Origin: a virus
Taxonomy: Duplodnaviria > Caudoviricetes
Virus record (IMG/VR): IMGVR_UViG_3300023223_001004
Span: 1-52,622 of that record
Strand: one strand, 5' to 3'
DNA: 52,622 nucleotides
Shown here in pieces: positions 44,951 to 52,622 of the stretch. The position numbers and the translations under genes are program-made. Position 1 is the first letter of the stretch; every line of letters begins with the position of its first letter. Below the pieces are notes generated by a model, which was not told where the DNA came from, made no database searches, and was given only the letters and a program-made list of their open reading frames with translations.

Positions 44951-45360
44951 ACAATCCACGTACCTATAATCATTTCCCAGTCATCAGCATCAATCTGCTT
45001 TGACAGGGTAGCGTTCAACGGAATGTCTTTATCCACAATAATAAATGGTAGAAGTTCTGTTTCCATCTTCTCGCAGAAATCGCCAAAGTCAAGAATACTA
45101 GGATCGCAAGAACCTAGGATCGCCATTATCTCTTCACCAGTAGGCATTTTTCCTTCATCACCAGGTTTAGGCTCTTCTTGCTTACCACCCATTTGAGCTA
45201 CTGCATTAGTTAGACCGCGCGAAACACGCTGCTTTAATTTCCTGCAAAATTTCCGATCATCACGAGAAGGAGCAATAAGCTCCAGCTCGAACGTCTTGTG
45301 GTTTGGCTCGCCTTTCTTGTCATACTTAAGCTCATTAGATAACTTAACAATAATAGTCAT
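44905..45360 (-). CDS. Tail assembly chaperone (G)
   Basis: Position between the tube and tape measure genes; slippery site near the 3' end. Confidence 0.8.
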   Translation of the reverse strand: MTIIVKLSNELKYDKKGEPNHKTFELELIAPSRDDRKFCRKLKQRVSRGLTNAVAQMGGKQEEPKPGDEGKMPTGEEIMAILGSCDPSILDFGDFCEKMETELLPFIIVDKDIPLNATLSKQIDADDWEMIIGTWIVNFTLDSQTEKVGKP

Positions 45361-45761
45361 GCTACAGGCTCTCCGTGGAATTCAACTTCAAATTCTCCAT
45401 CTTGAGAAAAAGCAATTTCAGAATCGGTTTTATTGAACATGTTACGGAAACTTCTTGTGAAATTTACCGCATCAGGATCGGTAGCACTAATCGCTACTCC
45501 AGTTAAATCATCAGTTAAGCGTTTCCACTCTTCATATAGATTAACATTTGAAGCAGTAGAAATAAGAGTAAACATAACTTTAGATACTTTCGATTCTGTA
45601 TCATTGGTTACCACATTTTCTGTTGATCTACCGCCAGCAGATTGAGCTCTAATGTTGATTTCACCAATACCGCCTACGTATTTAAACGAATTGGGCTTGA
45701 TAGAGATCAGTTCATTATTGACCTGTATTTGCGGGGTAGCTAAACCTTTGCTAGTCGCCAT
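45357..45761 (-). CDS. Tail tube protein
   Basis: 134 aa directly after the sheath gene; C-terminal DGEFEVEFHG as in Mu-like tubes. Confidence 0.82.
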   Translation of the reverse strand: MATSKGLATPQIQVNNELISIKPNSFKYVGGIGEINIRAQSAGGRSTENVVTNDTESKVSKVMFTLISTASNVNLYEEWKRLTDDLTGVAISATDPDAVNFTRSFRNMFNKTDSEIAFSQDGEFEVEFHGEPVA

Positions 45762-45765
45762 CTGA

Positions 45766-47292
45766 TTAACCTCCTAGATTAACTTGGATTGTACCAAGTA
45801 TGGTTCTAATCTGGCCCACTTGGAGAGGCGCAGCATTAATAGTAACCTTACCGTTAGGTACATCTGTCGTAACAACAAGATTCGTTTTAAAGTCTTCGAC
45901 TGCAGCAGTACCTGACTGAGTTACCGCAATGTCTGAAAGCTCTTTATAAAGTTCAACCTGGAAACCTCTGATAGAAGCCTCGTTCTCCATTGAGAATCCA
46001 GCAACTAAATCTCCGTCAGTCAAACGACTTTGAGCGTAACGAGTTTGATTGTTGACAAAGAAGAACTCTCTAATAACTCCTGATGAGTCTCGAACGTTCA
46101 GGAACTTAAATGTCGTGTCAGGGTTACCTGCTGCATCTGTAAGTGCCGTGGTAACTGTTTCACCAAAGATGTAATCTGAGTTGGCTTTATTATTACCATC
46201 TGTGGCTATACCATTTTCATTCAATTCTTTTTCATCAGTGAATGAGAACATATCAGCTGGATTAGGTAATTCAACACTAGCTATTAAAGTGTTGAAATAA
46301 GGCAACGTTGACGTCCCAGGTCCGCCAAAAGCGTCATTCGGAGCAGCTGCACTTAAAATACTAGCTATCGGCGCATCTTGAGTTAGTCGTAACGCTCGAA
46401 GAGCTCCAACCTTGGCGCTGAGTACATCAGGGAACTCTATAACCGCTGCACCCTTATGAGTGGCAGTATCTTTTGGTTTAGTTCCTGACAATACAATATT
46501 TTCAGTATTGAGAGCTAACGACTCTGCTTTCAAGTTCGCTAAAGTATCTACTGAGCGAGTAAATCCAACACCGTCTAAAACATCATCGGTTACATTAAAC
46601 CTAGCATCGAGTTCAGCCTTGAGCACTGCATCATCAAAACTGTCTGGCCAGATAATTGTCTGGTAACGGATATTAGCAATTGCATCAAACAATGTGGTTA
46701 ATACTGGGTCAGTTGCACCACCAGTCCAACCTGTTAATACTGGCGCTGTAACGCCGGCAACTATTCCTGAAGTCGTAATGGTGTATGAATTAGATAGCGA
46801 ACCGCCGTTTGAAGCGGTAATAGTAACTGTACCGGTAACGTTTGCCGCTGTGAAAGGCGCTTTGGTATCAGCTGTGATTGCAGCAACCAGAGCATCTGCG
46901 ATAGTTGTAATGGCAACGTCAGTATCCGCTACAGCTATCTCAAAGGTGTGATTAGTACCAGATCCTATTTTAAAGGTTAAAGTACCCGCTTCAGTAGCAG
47001 TACCAGCAAATACGACAACAGCTGTTCCTGCAGTCGCTCCACCATCGTCAGCTAAACCAATTGCATCAAGGCGTGTTTCTTCATTGACTGAACGGGCACC
47101 ACGTATCATGTAAGCTAGGTGAGCGCGAGCACCGAATAAGGTGTCTTCTTCTCCATTAGTTCCAATTTCAGTAACTAAATCACCGGACGTACCGCTAAGC
47201 AGTTGACCGATCACAAGGATCTTATGGTCTGTCAATCCGGCTAGTTGCTGTGCTGGAACAATCGAAAATGTAACTCTCGGATTGTTAGGCAT
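45766..47292 (-). CDS. Tail sheath protein, Mu gpL-like
   Basis: KILVIGQL, LFGARAHL, GTATEAGTL, GGATDP, TDAAGNPDTTF. Confidence 0.92.
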   Translation of the reverse strand: MPNNPRVTFSIVPAQQLAGLTDHKILVIGQLLSGTSGDLVTEIGTNGEEDTLFGARAHLAYMIRGARSVNEETRLDAIGLADDGGATAGTAVVVFAGTATEAGTLTFKIGSGTNHTFEIAVADTDVAITTIADALVAAITADTKAPFTAANVTGTVTITASNGGSLSNSYTITTSGIVAGVTAPVLTGWTGGATDPVLTTLFDAIANIRYQTIIWPDSFDDAVLKAELDARFNVTDDVLDGVGFTRSVDTLANLKAESLALNTENIVLSGTKPKDTATHKGAAVIEFPDVLSAKVGALRALRLTQDAPIASILSAAAPNDAFGGPGTSTLPYFNTLIASVELPNPADMFSFTDEKELNENGIATDGNNKANSDYIFGETVTTALTDAAGNPDTTFKFLNVRDSSGVIREFFFVNNQTRYAQSRLTDGDLVAGFSMENEASIRGFQVELYKELSDIAVTQSGTAAVEDFKTNLVVTTDVPNGKVTINAAPLQVGQIRTILGTIQVNLGG

Positions 47293-47488
47293 TATCTTTT
47301 ACCTCAGTTTGTGTCTTTTTAGCAGTAGTCCTTTTTACCAGTTCAATGCAATTATCCGTTTTCGCATCATTGAATCTATCGCGCCAGTACTTTTCTACTG
47401 GAACACCATTCTCACATTCTAGTGAAATAGTTGATCCAACCGGCTTATTTTGTAGTGGAGAATTAAGTTTAAATGTGAGTTTTTTCAT
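47285..47488 (-). CDS. Small pre-sheath protein, Mu gp38 / DUF2635-like
   Basis: KYWRDRFND motif; position immediately before the sheath gene. Confidence 0.68.
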   Translation of the reverse strand: MKKLTFKLNSPLQNKPVGSTISLECENGVPVEKYWRDRFNDAKTDNCIELVKRTTAKKTQTEVKDNA

Positions 47489-47526
47489 CTCATAACCTTT
47501 AATTATTTTGTTCTCATAACCACTGA

Positions 47527-48639
47527 TCATGGCTCGTCGTCCAAATTAATGTCAAATTCCATTGGTATATCATATAGTAGTTCACCATCGATGTCACGGA
47601 AGGCGCGGCTATCAAATGGCTCAACTTTATCACAGTCTGTAATGTCATAAACAGACTCAAATCTGTACTGGTGAGCATAATATGCTCTGTTGGTCGGGAA
47701 TTGTCCATGACCAACAAAATTAACTTGAAATTTATTCTGTTCTGTAACTGGTGTTGGCAGCTTTAACCCAAACAAAGTTCGTAATAAAGGAAGAATTAAT
47801 CCATCCCTGGCTATATCGAGAGCTTCAAGAGCACCTATATTATTCTGTCTACCAGTGGATCCAGTGGTTGGTATAAAAACATAAAATGAGAACGGATCAA
47901 TAAAGCGAGTTCTTGAATCATCTCCTGCCACAATAGAAGCTGTAGCATCTGAGTTGAGTGCACGATCTTTCGAAGCCAAGACATCCTCTGGCACTACGAA
48001 CCCCCATAAATCATTAACACCTTGAGATGAGTATTGCTCTGCAACTGCTTCAATACTGTCAATCGCTGTTATTCTCACTTGCGTATGCACATCACCGGCA
48101 GTAGTAGTATCTGGAACACTTGGAATGGCTGTATAAGTAAAAGTAGTTGTTGATGGAACACTAGCCACCTTGAATAACCCATTAAACCCAAACGGTAACA
48201 CTACATCCATTGTTTCAGATGAATTCAGTGTAGGTAATGTGGTTGCTGTATTCTTAACTATTATTATGCGTCTGCTGGGTACTTCCAGCACTTCAAAAGA
48301 ACCGTTCCAGTCTGTATCAGTAAAACCTGATAGGACAATAAAGGGAACATTGGTATCGCGTACATTTCTAGTCTGGTTATGATCGAGACCTGAAGCTATC
48401 TCAACCCTGAAAGTTTTTAAATCTGCATCTTCAATAGTCACAGAAACAATGGGCAAAGGAGTGACAATATTTTGAGCAGTAATAGCATCACTTGTTGTTA
48501 ACCCGTGAGCTGTAGGACTAGTATCAACGGTTACTGTATTGGAAACGCTGGTAAAAGTCGCAGCCAATTGAGCACTGAATAAATCAGTATATTTAGGCAA
48601 AACTCTTAGCATACGCGCTACTATGTCAGAAGGTTTCAA
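47527..48639 (-). CDS. Tail completion/terminator protein with inserted beta domains
   Basis: Position; HGLTTSD...NGSFEV...NGLFKV repeats; C-terminal RAFRDID. Confidence 0.65.
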   Translation of the reverse strand: MKPSDIVARMLRVLPKYTDLFSAQLAATFTSVSNTVTVDTSPTAHGLTTSDAITAQNIVTPLPIVSVTIEDADLKTFRVEIASGLDHNQTRNVRDTNVPFIVLSGFTDTDWNGSFEVLEVPSRRIIIVKNTATTLPTLNSSETMDVVLPFGFNGLFKVASVPSTTTFTYTAIPSVPDTTTAGDVHTQVRITAIDSIEAVAEQYSSQGVNDLWGFVVPEDVLASKDRALNSDATASIVAGDDSRTRFIDPFSFYVFIPTTGSTGRQNNIGALEALDIARDGLILPLLRTLFGLKLPTPVTEQNKFQVNFVGHGQFPTNRAYYAHQYRFESVYDITDCDKVEPFDSRAFRDIDGELLYDIPMEFDINLDDEP

Positions 48640-49057
48640 CGTTAGCCCTTAGATATGTCAAAGCATTTCTCCAATTCTTTTGAATCGATCTAAGCAAAAA
48701 TCTTCTGTGTTTCATTTTCCTAGTACCAACTTCAAGGAACTTAGCATATTCAGCATCATTGCCAAATTCCATAAATCTAAACCCCTGAACTTCATAACGA
48801 TGCTTCTTGATCAGATTACCAGAACGATTAGCTGGTGCCTCACCAGGAGCAGATGCTTGATGTCTAACTCTTCTTCCGCTAATTGTGACTCTTGATACTG
48901 TTCCCGTCTTTGGGCCTTGTCTTATTGACTGAATTGAATCTCTAACTAATTGCTTACCTAACCCATGCATTCCAGCATGAATACTGTTCTTATGACCAAT
49001 TCCAGATCTTTTAATCTGTCCCATAGTCTTTTTAACATTAGGCAAGGATTTTAACAT
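48626..49057 (-). CDS. HK97 gp10-like neck/tail component
   Basis: HQASAPGEAPANRSGNL...YAKFLEVGTRKMKHRRFL. Confidence 0.85.
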   Translation of the reverse strand: MLKSLPNVKKTMGQIKRSGIGHKNSIHAGMHGLGKQLVRDSIQSIRQGPKTGTVSRVTISGRRVRHQASAPGEAPANRSGNLIKKHRYEVQGFRFMEFGNDAEYAKFLEVGTRKMKHRRFLLRSIQKNWRNALTYLRANVETF

Positions 49058-49836
49058 TAAATTTTCCGTAAAATCATATTGTAGTTAACCTCAACTAACG
49101 TATTGTTCGAACCAGACCTGACAGCAAACCAGACATCAGAAAAAGACTGAATAACTAATGGTGTAATACTAAAGTCTAAAATAGTAGGATTATCAATACC
49201 TCCAAAAATACCAAGTACTAGTAGCGGCGAATTGGCTACTTTATTATCTCTTGACATTAGGAAAACTTTAGCATTAGCGTTTACATCAACCGTTGCCGCT
49301 ACAGATGTTATATATCCTCTAAATCCTGTCGGTATTGTTCTGTGAGAATTAAAAAGCTGACCTGAAGGGATGTTATCAGTAAAATCAATCTGCCCAAGAA
49401 GAAGAGATTCACCATCATGGTTGATAGTAATAACTCCTATATTAGCACCAGCTATTGATGATACGGTAGTTCCCGATGAAGTTACCACTGCATTGTCAAC
49501 TCTAAAGAATAAATTAGTAGTCTGAACCGTACTTACTCCGTTCATTGCAACTGTTTCAATTAATCGAACACCATTAATATCACAACCGAATACGGTAACA
49601 GTTCTTGCACCTGTACCGTCTATAGTGTCATTTACATCATCAGAAGCAATATTTATAACTGATGCAGTGGTAGGAAAGAACATTTGAGCTTGGGTGCTTC
49701 CTGGTACCCAAAGATCGGTAGTAACATTCATTGAGAAGCTTGGAACTATACCAAGTACTTTTTCGTCAAACTGGGTAACAAGTACATCAGAAGCTGTAAT
49801 GACTGGATCTATTTGGGGTCTATCTAACATACTCAT
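49057..49836 (-). CDS. Hypothetical virion protein
   Basis: Beta-rich, GTGARTVTVFG motif, in the head-tail cluster. Confidence 0.65.
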   Translation of the reverse strand: MSMLDRPQIDPVITASDVLVTQFDEKVLGIVPSFSMNVTTDLWVPGSTQAQMFFPTTASVINIASDDVNDTIDGTGARTVTVFGCDINGVRLIETVAMNGVSTVQTTNLFFRVDNAVVTSSGTTVSSIAGANIGVITINHDGESLLLGQIDFTDNIPSGQLFNSHRTIPTGFRGYITSVAATVDVNANAKVFLMSRDNKVANSPLLVLGIFGGIDNPTILDFSITPLVIQSFSDVWFAVRSGSNNTLVEVNYNMILRKI

Positions 49837-50195
49837 AGTGCACCCCTTGAGATGATAATTATTTCTCTTTCTGCTACTTCATCACTGAGCATGTGGAGTT
49901 GTATAAATCGAATACTGCTAAGATCGTCAGGGCTTAAACATGTATAGCCGTTTGCTTTAAACGCAACCTCCATTTCAAGACCTGTATCATTCATGCACTC
50001 GAAAAAATTAACGCCATCTATAGAGCCGTGGATTGTCATACTGGTGCTTGTCATATCTGCAGGGAACAAAAATCCAACTGCTACAGTACCGTGGAGATCA
50101 ACACCATTTGATACTTTAGTTCCAATTGGAACTGTTGCCTTACTGTCAAATGTCAATCTTGGAGTAAACTGTTTTGCCTGAAGCGCCATTTCCAT
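49833..50195 (-). CDS. Hypothetical virion protein
   Basis: GSIDGVNF motif; in the head-tail cluster. Confidence 0.62.
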   Translation of the reverse strand: MEMALQAKQFTPRLTFDSKATVPIGTKVSNGVDLHGTVAVGFLFPADMTSTSMTIHGSIDGVNFFECMNDTGLEMEVAFKANGYTCLSPDDLSSIRFIQLHMLSDEVAEREIIIISRGAL

Positions 50196-50199
50196 GTCC

Positions 50200-50589
50200 T
50201 TACTGCGTTGAATCTAAAGTCTTATCGCCTTTCTCACCGCATTCCAGAAGCAAGAAAAGATCCCGTTCTTCAAAATTGTTTATTCTTAATATTGCAAAAA
50301 AATTACCTTTAAATTCTACAACATGCTCTGTAGTTATGGCAAGACCTTCATCCCTAATTGTAAAAGCATGTGTTTTAACGCCCAGTAAGTTTGTGCCTTG
50401 GAAAATTTCAACTCCTGCAAATGTATCTGTTTTGGCAAAGCAAGATTGAGGATCAGTGAATACTTGACGATGAGATTCTGTGTCAAATAAAGGTGGAGCA
50501 ATATCACGAGCAGATATGATTATTTCATCACGCATATCACCGACTTGCGGTTTACGGAGCTTCCTTCTTTGAACGACTCGCTTGCTCAT
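50200..50589 (-). CDS. Head closure / head-tail adaptor (SPP1 gp16-like)
   Basis: GDMRDEIII...THAFTIR...FLLLEC; position fits. Confidence 0.8.
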   Translation of the reverse strand: MSKRVVQRRKLRKPQVGDMRDEIIISARDIAPPLFDTESHRQVFTDPQSCFAKTDTFAGVEIFQGTNLLGVKTHAFTIRDEGLAITTEHVVEFKGNFFAILRINNFEERDLFLLLECGEKGDKTLDSTQ

Positions 50590-51152
50590 ATTCTTACTAT
50601 TTTATTAAGATCGTATAAAGCCTTGATCTCTGGAGTCAATGAAAGGTCATCAACTGCAACTACATCGCCTCTATTCTCAAACAGGAATAAAAAATGTCCT
50701 TTTATAGCTTGGAGTAATGTTGGAGGTACTGTGGCAAAACCTGTAACAATGATAGCTGTTATCTGATTCATCTGAGCCAGTACATCAGTGGGAAAATCTT
50801 GATCTACTTGTTCAAGAATTCCTGAAATCTGTTTACCTTTTACTAGGTAATAAACAGTATTGGCTACAGTAGTTTCAACATTGTCTTCGTTGAAATATTT
50901 GACTGAAGTAATCGATACTACAGGATTTTTTCTGATGCATTCAAGGTCAGTAAACTCCGAACCGACACATTTCCATGTGTTTTGACTAAGCTCACGATTG
51001 GTGTATAACTCAGCGAAGTCTAATATAGAATCAAGTAAATCTTGATTAATTACATCTTCAGTAGTGGATTTTATACGAGCCCAACTTTTAGCTTTAGCTA
51101 AGTCAATTGGACGTGTACCAATTGCTGTTCGAGTATAAAGTAACTCAGCCAT
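50586..51152 (-). CDS. Head-tail connector (HK97 gp6-like)
   Basis: PIDLAKAKSWARI...AELYTNR...VPPTLLQAI...LFENRG. Confidence 0.88.
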   Translation of the reverse strand: MAELLYTRTAIGTRPIDLAKAKSWARIKSTTEDVINQDLLDSILDFAELYTNRELSQNTWKCVGSEFTDLECIRKNPVVSITSVKYFNEDNVETTVANTVYYLVKGKQISGILEQVDQDFPTDVLAQMNQITAIIVTGFATVPPTLLQAIKGHFLFLFENRGDVVAVDDLSLTPEIKALYDLNKIVRI

Positions 51153-51567
51153 TTAAGATTTCATCCGCTGACTTTTCACCAATACCAGGAAGGGCAATCA
51201 TATCTTCACGAGACATTGCTTTCAATTCCTCGATACTCTTACCGCTTTTATTGATAGCTTTCATGGTTGATTTAGAAAATTGATCTACGGGAGTTTCTTT
51301 TTCTGTGGTTCCTTCGCTTGAATCACCACCTGAAGAAGTGCTATCAGAACTATTGTCGTCAGAACTGCCATCACCAGTATCCTCACTATCACTGTGAGAA
51401 CTGTCGTCAGAAGGATCATGAATTGAGTCAACAACTCTCTCAGCTCCATATCTGTCTATAGCAGTTTGTGCCACTCCATCTGGCCAATCGGTTACTTCAT
51501 CAACTTCTACTTCAGTACGAACATGATTAACACAATAAGCATGTTCTTTCGCGTGTTTGATTAACAT
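51145..51567 (-). CDS. Acidic Ser/Asp-rich protein with C-terminal helix-hairpin-helix
   Basis: CAGGAG RBS before MLIKHAKE; EDMIALPGIGEKSADEIL HhH motif. Confidence 0.72.
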   Translation of the reverse strand: MLIKHAKEHAYCVNHVRTEVEVDEVTDWPDGVAQTAIDRYGAERVVDSIHDPSDDSSHSDSEDTGDGSSDDNSSDSTSSGGDSSEGTTEKETPVDQFSKSTMKAINKSGKSIEELKAMSREDMIALPGIGEKSADEILNG

Positions 51568-51606
51568 ACTAAACTCCTGAAGGAAGGGGGACAAGCCCCC
51601 TTAATA

Positions 51607-52035
51607 TTATGGTTGAGTACCGTCTTGTTCAGCTACTGGCTGATGTTTCGCCATGATCTGAATAGCAGTGGCAGAGAAAGCACCACCTGTAGTAACACCT
51701 GTTGATACGACAGATAAACGAACAAACCGTTTATTACCAACGTAACCAACACGACTAGCAGTGTCATCATCGGTTAAGATGAATCGAGGATTATTCCCCA
51801 AGAGATCATCACCGGCAACGGTTGTTGCACCACTCAAACCAGAGTCATCACTATCTTCAAGAAGAACAGTGTAAACACCGTCCGTAATCGTAGCTGAAGA
51901 TAACGTAAACTCAAGACCTTCCAACCCTTCAGTATCGATAATAGCACCTACTGTGGTGGTATTAGTAACGATGGATTGGGCCAATAAAGCGACCGCTACA
52001 TTCATGTCGCTGTGAATATCATATGCTGCTGACAT
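51607..52035 (-). CDS. Putative capsid decoration / cement protein
   Basis: Directly after the capsid gene; VGYVGNKRFVRL motif; beta-rich. Confidence 0.65.
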   Translation of the reverse strand: MSAAYDIHSDMNVAVALLAQSIVTNTTTVGAIIDTEGLEGLEFTLSSATITDGVYTVLLEDSDDSGLSGATTVAGDDLLGNNPRFILTDDDTASRVGYVGNKRFVRLSVVSTGVTTGGAFSATAIQIMAKHQPVAEQDGTQP

Positions 52036-52045
52036 AACAGTCTCC

Positions 52046-52622
52046 TTATAGGATTTTAAGCAGTTTGATTGCTTCAGGGATTGTAACCTGACCAGTCAAC
52101 CAACGCATTAGTTCAAATTCGACGATAGCCTCTTTCTTACGAGTGATTTCGTCACGAATTACCGCCATACCAGTACGATCTACGATCGTATAACCTCTAC
52201 GGAAGTCAGCAAATGCAATTGGAAATGCATCAGTAGCTATATCATCCATATCGTTAGCAATCAAGTAAGGTGAGCCAGCCAATGTATTTGCTACAACACC
52301 GTTTAAACCAGGTTGCCACAAAAAATCACCAGTGGTTGATTTTAAGGTACGAATGAAAGCTAAAGTCCGACGATTCAACGTATAGATTGGTGAGTAACCA
52401 GTCTTTAAATCACCTGTCAAAAGCAAAACATCAGTTGCCGTAAGGGTATTTGAAGATTCTGATATACGTGCAGCAGCAGTTACGCGAACATCTGTAGTAA
52501 ATCCTTGAGGCGCTTTGTTGCCAGTACCCTTAATGATATTACGACCCTCGCCTTCAGCAAAAGCAATATTACCATCAGTTAAGATTTCAGCTTCAACATC
52601 AAAGCCAGACATCATTAATAAA
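52046..52622 (-). CDS. Major capsid protein, HK97 family, 3' part
   Basis: GTGNKAPQG, LKSTTGDFLWQPG, TLAGSPY, IAFADFRRGYTIVDR, PEAIKLL. Confidence 0.93.
   Translation of the reverse strand, partial: LLMMSGFDVEAEILTDGNIAFAEGEGRNIIKGTGNKAPQGFTTDVRVTAAARISESSNTLTATDVLLLTGDLKTGYSPIYTLNRRTLAFIRTLKSTTGDFLWQPGLNGVVANTLAGSPYLIANDMDDIATDAFPIAFADFRRGYTIVDRTGMAVIRDEITRKKEAIVEFELMRWLTGQVTIPEAIKLLKIL
52479..52622. repeat. Terminal direct repeat, right copy
   Basis: Identical to 1-144. Confidence 0.97.

Noticed and set aside
34082-50766. Many plus-strand ORFs in the structural region (e.g. 42508-43203, 43888-44265, 36091-36477, 39648-40025)
   Set aside because: Antisense shadows of well-supported minus-strand structural genes

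Overview
This window is an apparently complete, circularly assembled AT-rich tailed phage genome. Bases 1-144 repeat exactly at 52479-52622, giving 52,478 unique bp, and the major capsid gene runs across that junction. It combines an HK97-type head (portal, prohead protease, capsid), a P22-like small terminase and a Mu/SfV-like contractile tail and baseplate. The early region is lambdoid-style (Cro-like HTH, DUF6291-type initiator, DnaC-like loader, DnaB, RecT, NinB/NinG, HNH nucleases, DNA methylase, many small unknown ORFs). I found no integrase, CI-type repressor, tRNA or CRISPR array. The main finding is a dispersed regulon of 13 intergenic 17-bp boxes (consensus about AACTGGTCTAATCTGTT) resembling the gammaproteobacterial FadR operator. 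Each lies exactly 17 bp upstream of a sigma70-like -10 hexamer and points into the adjacent gene. The phage also encodes a 78-aa protein that looks like the isolated DNA-binding domain of FadR, without the acyl-CoA sensing domain. This suggests a phage transcription programme built on a captured fatty-acid regulator, or one wired to the host's FadR. Other observations: a nuclease-like domain inserted in the replication initiator, two structured RNA candidates, a Gly-repeat moron, a tail-chaperone -1 frameshift, a micropeptide plus membrane-protein cassette and two frameshifted small genes. All protein calls come from motif recognition by eye; no database searches were run.
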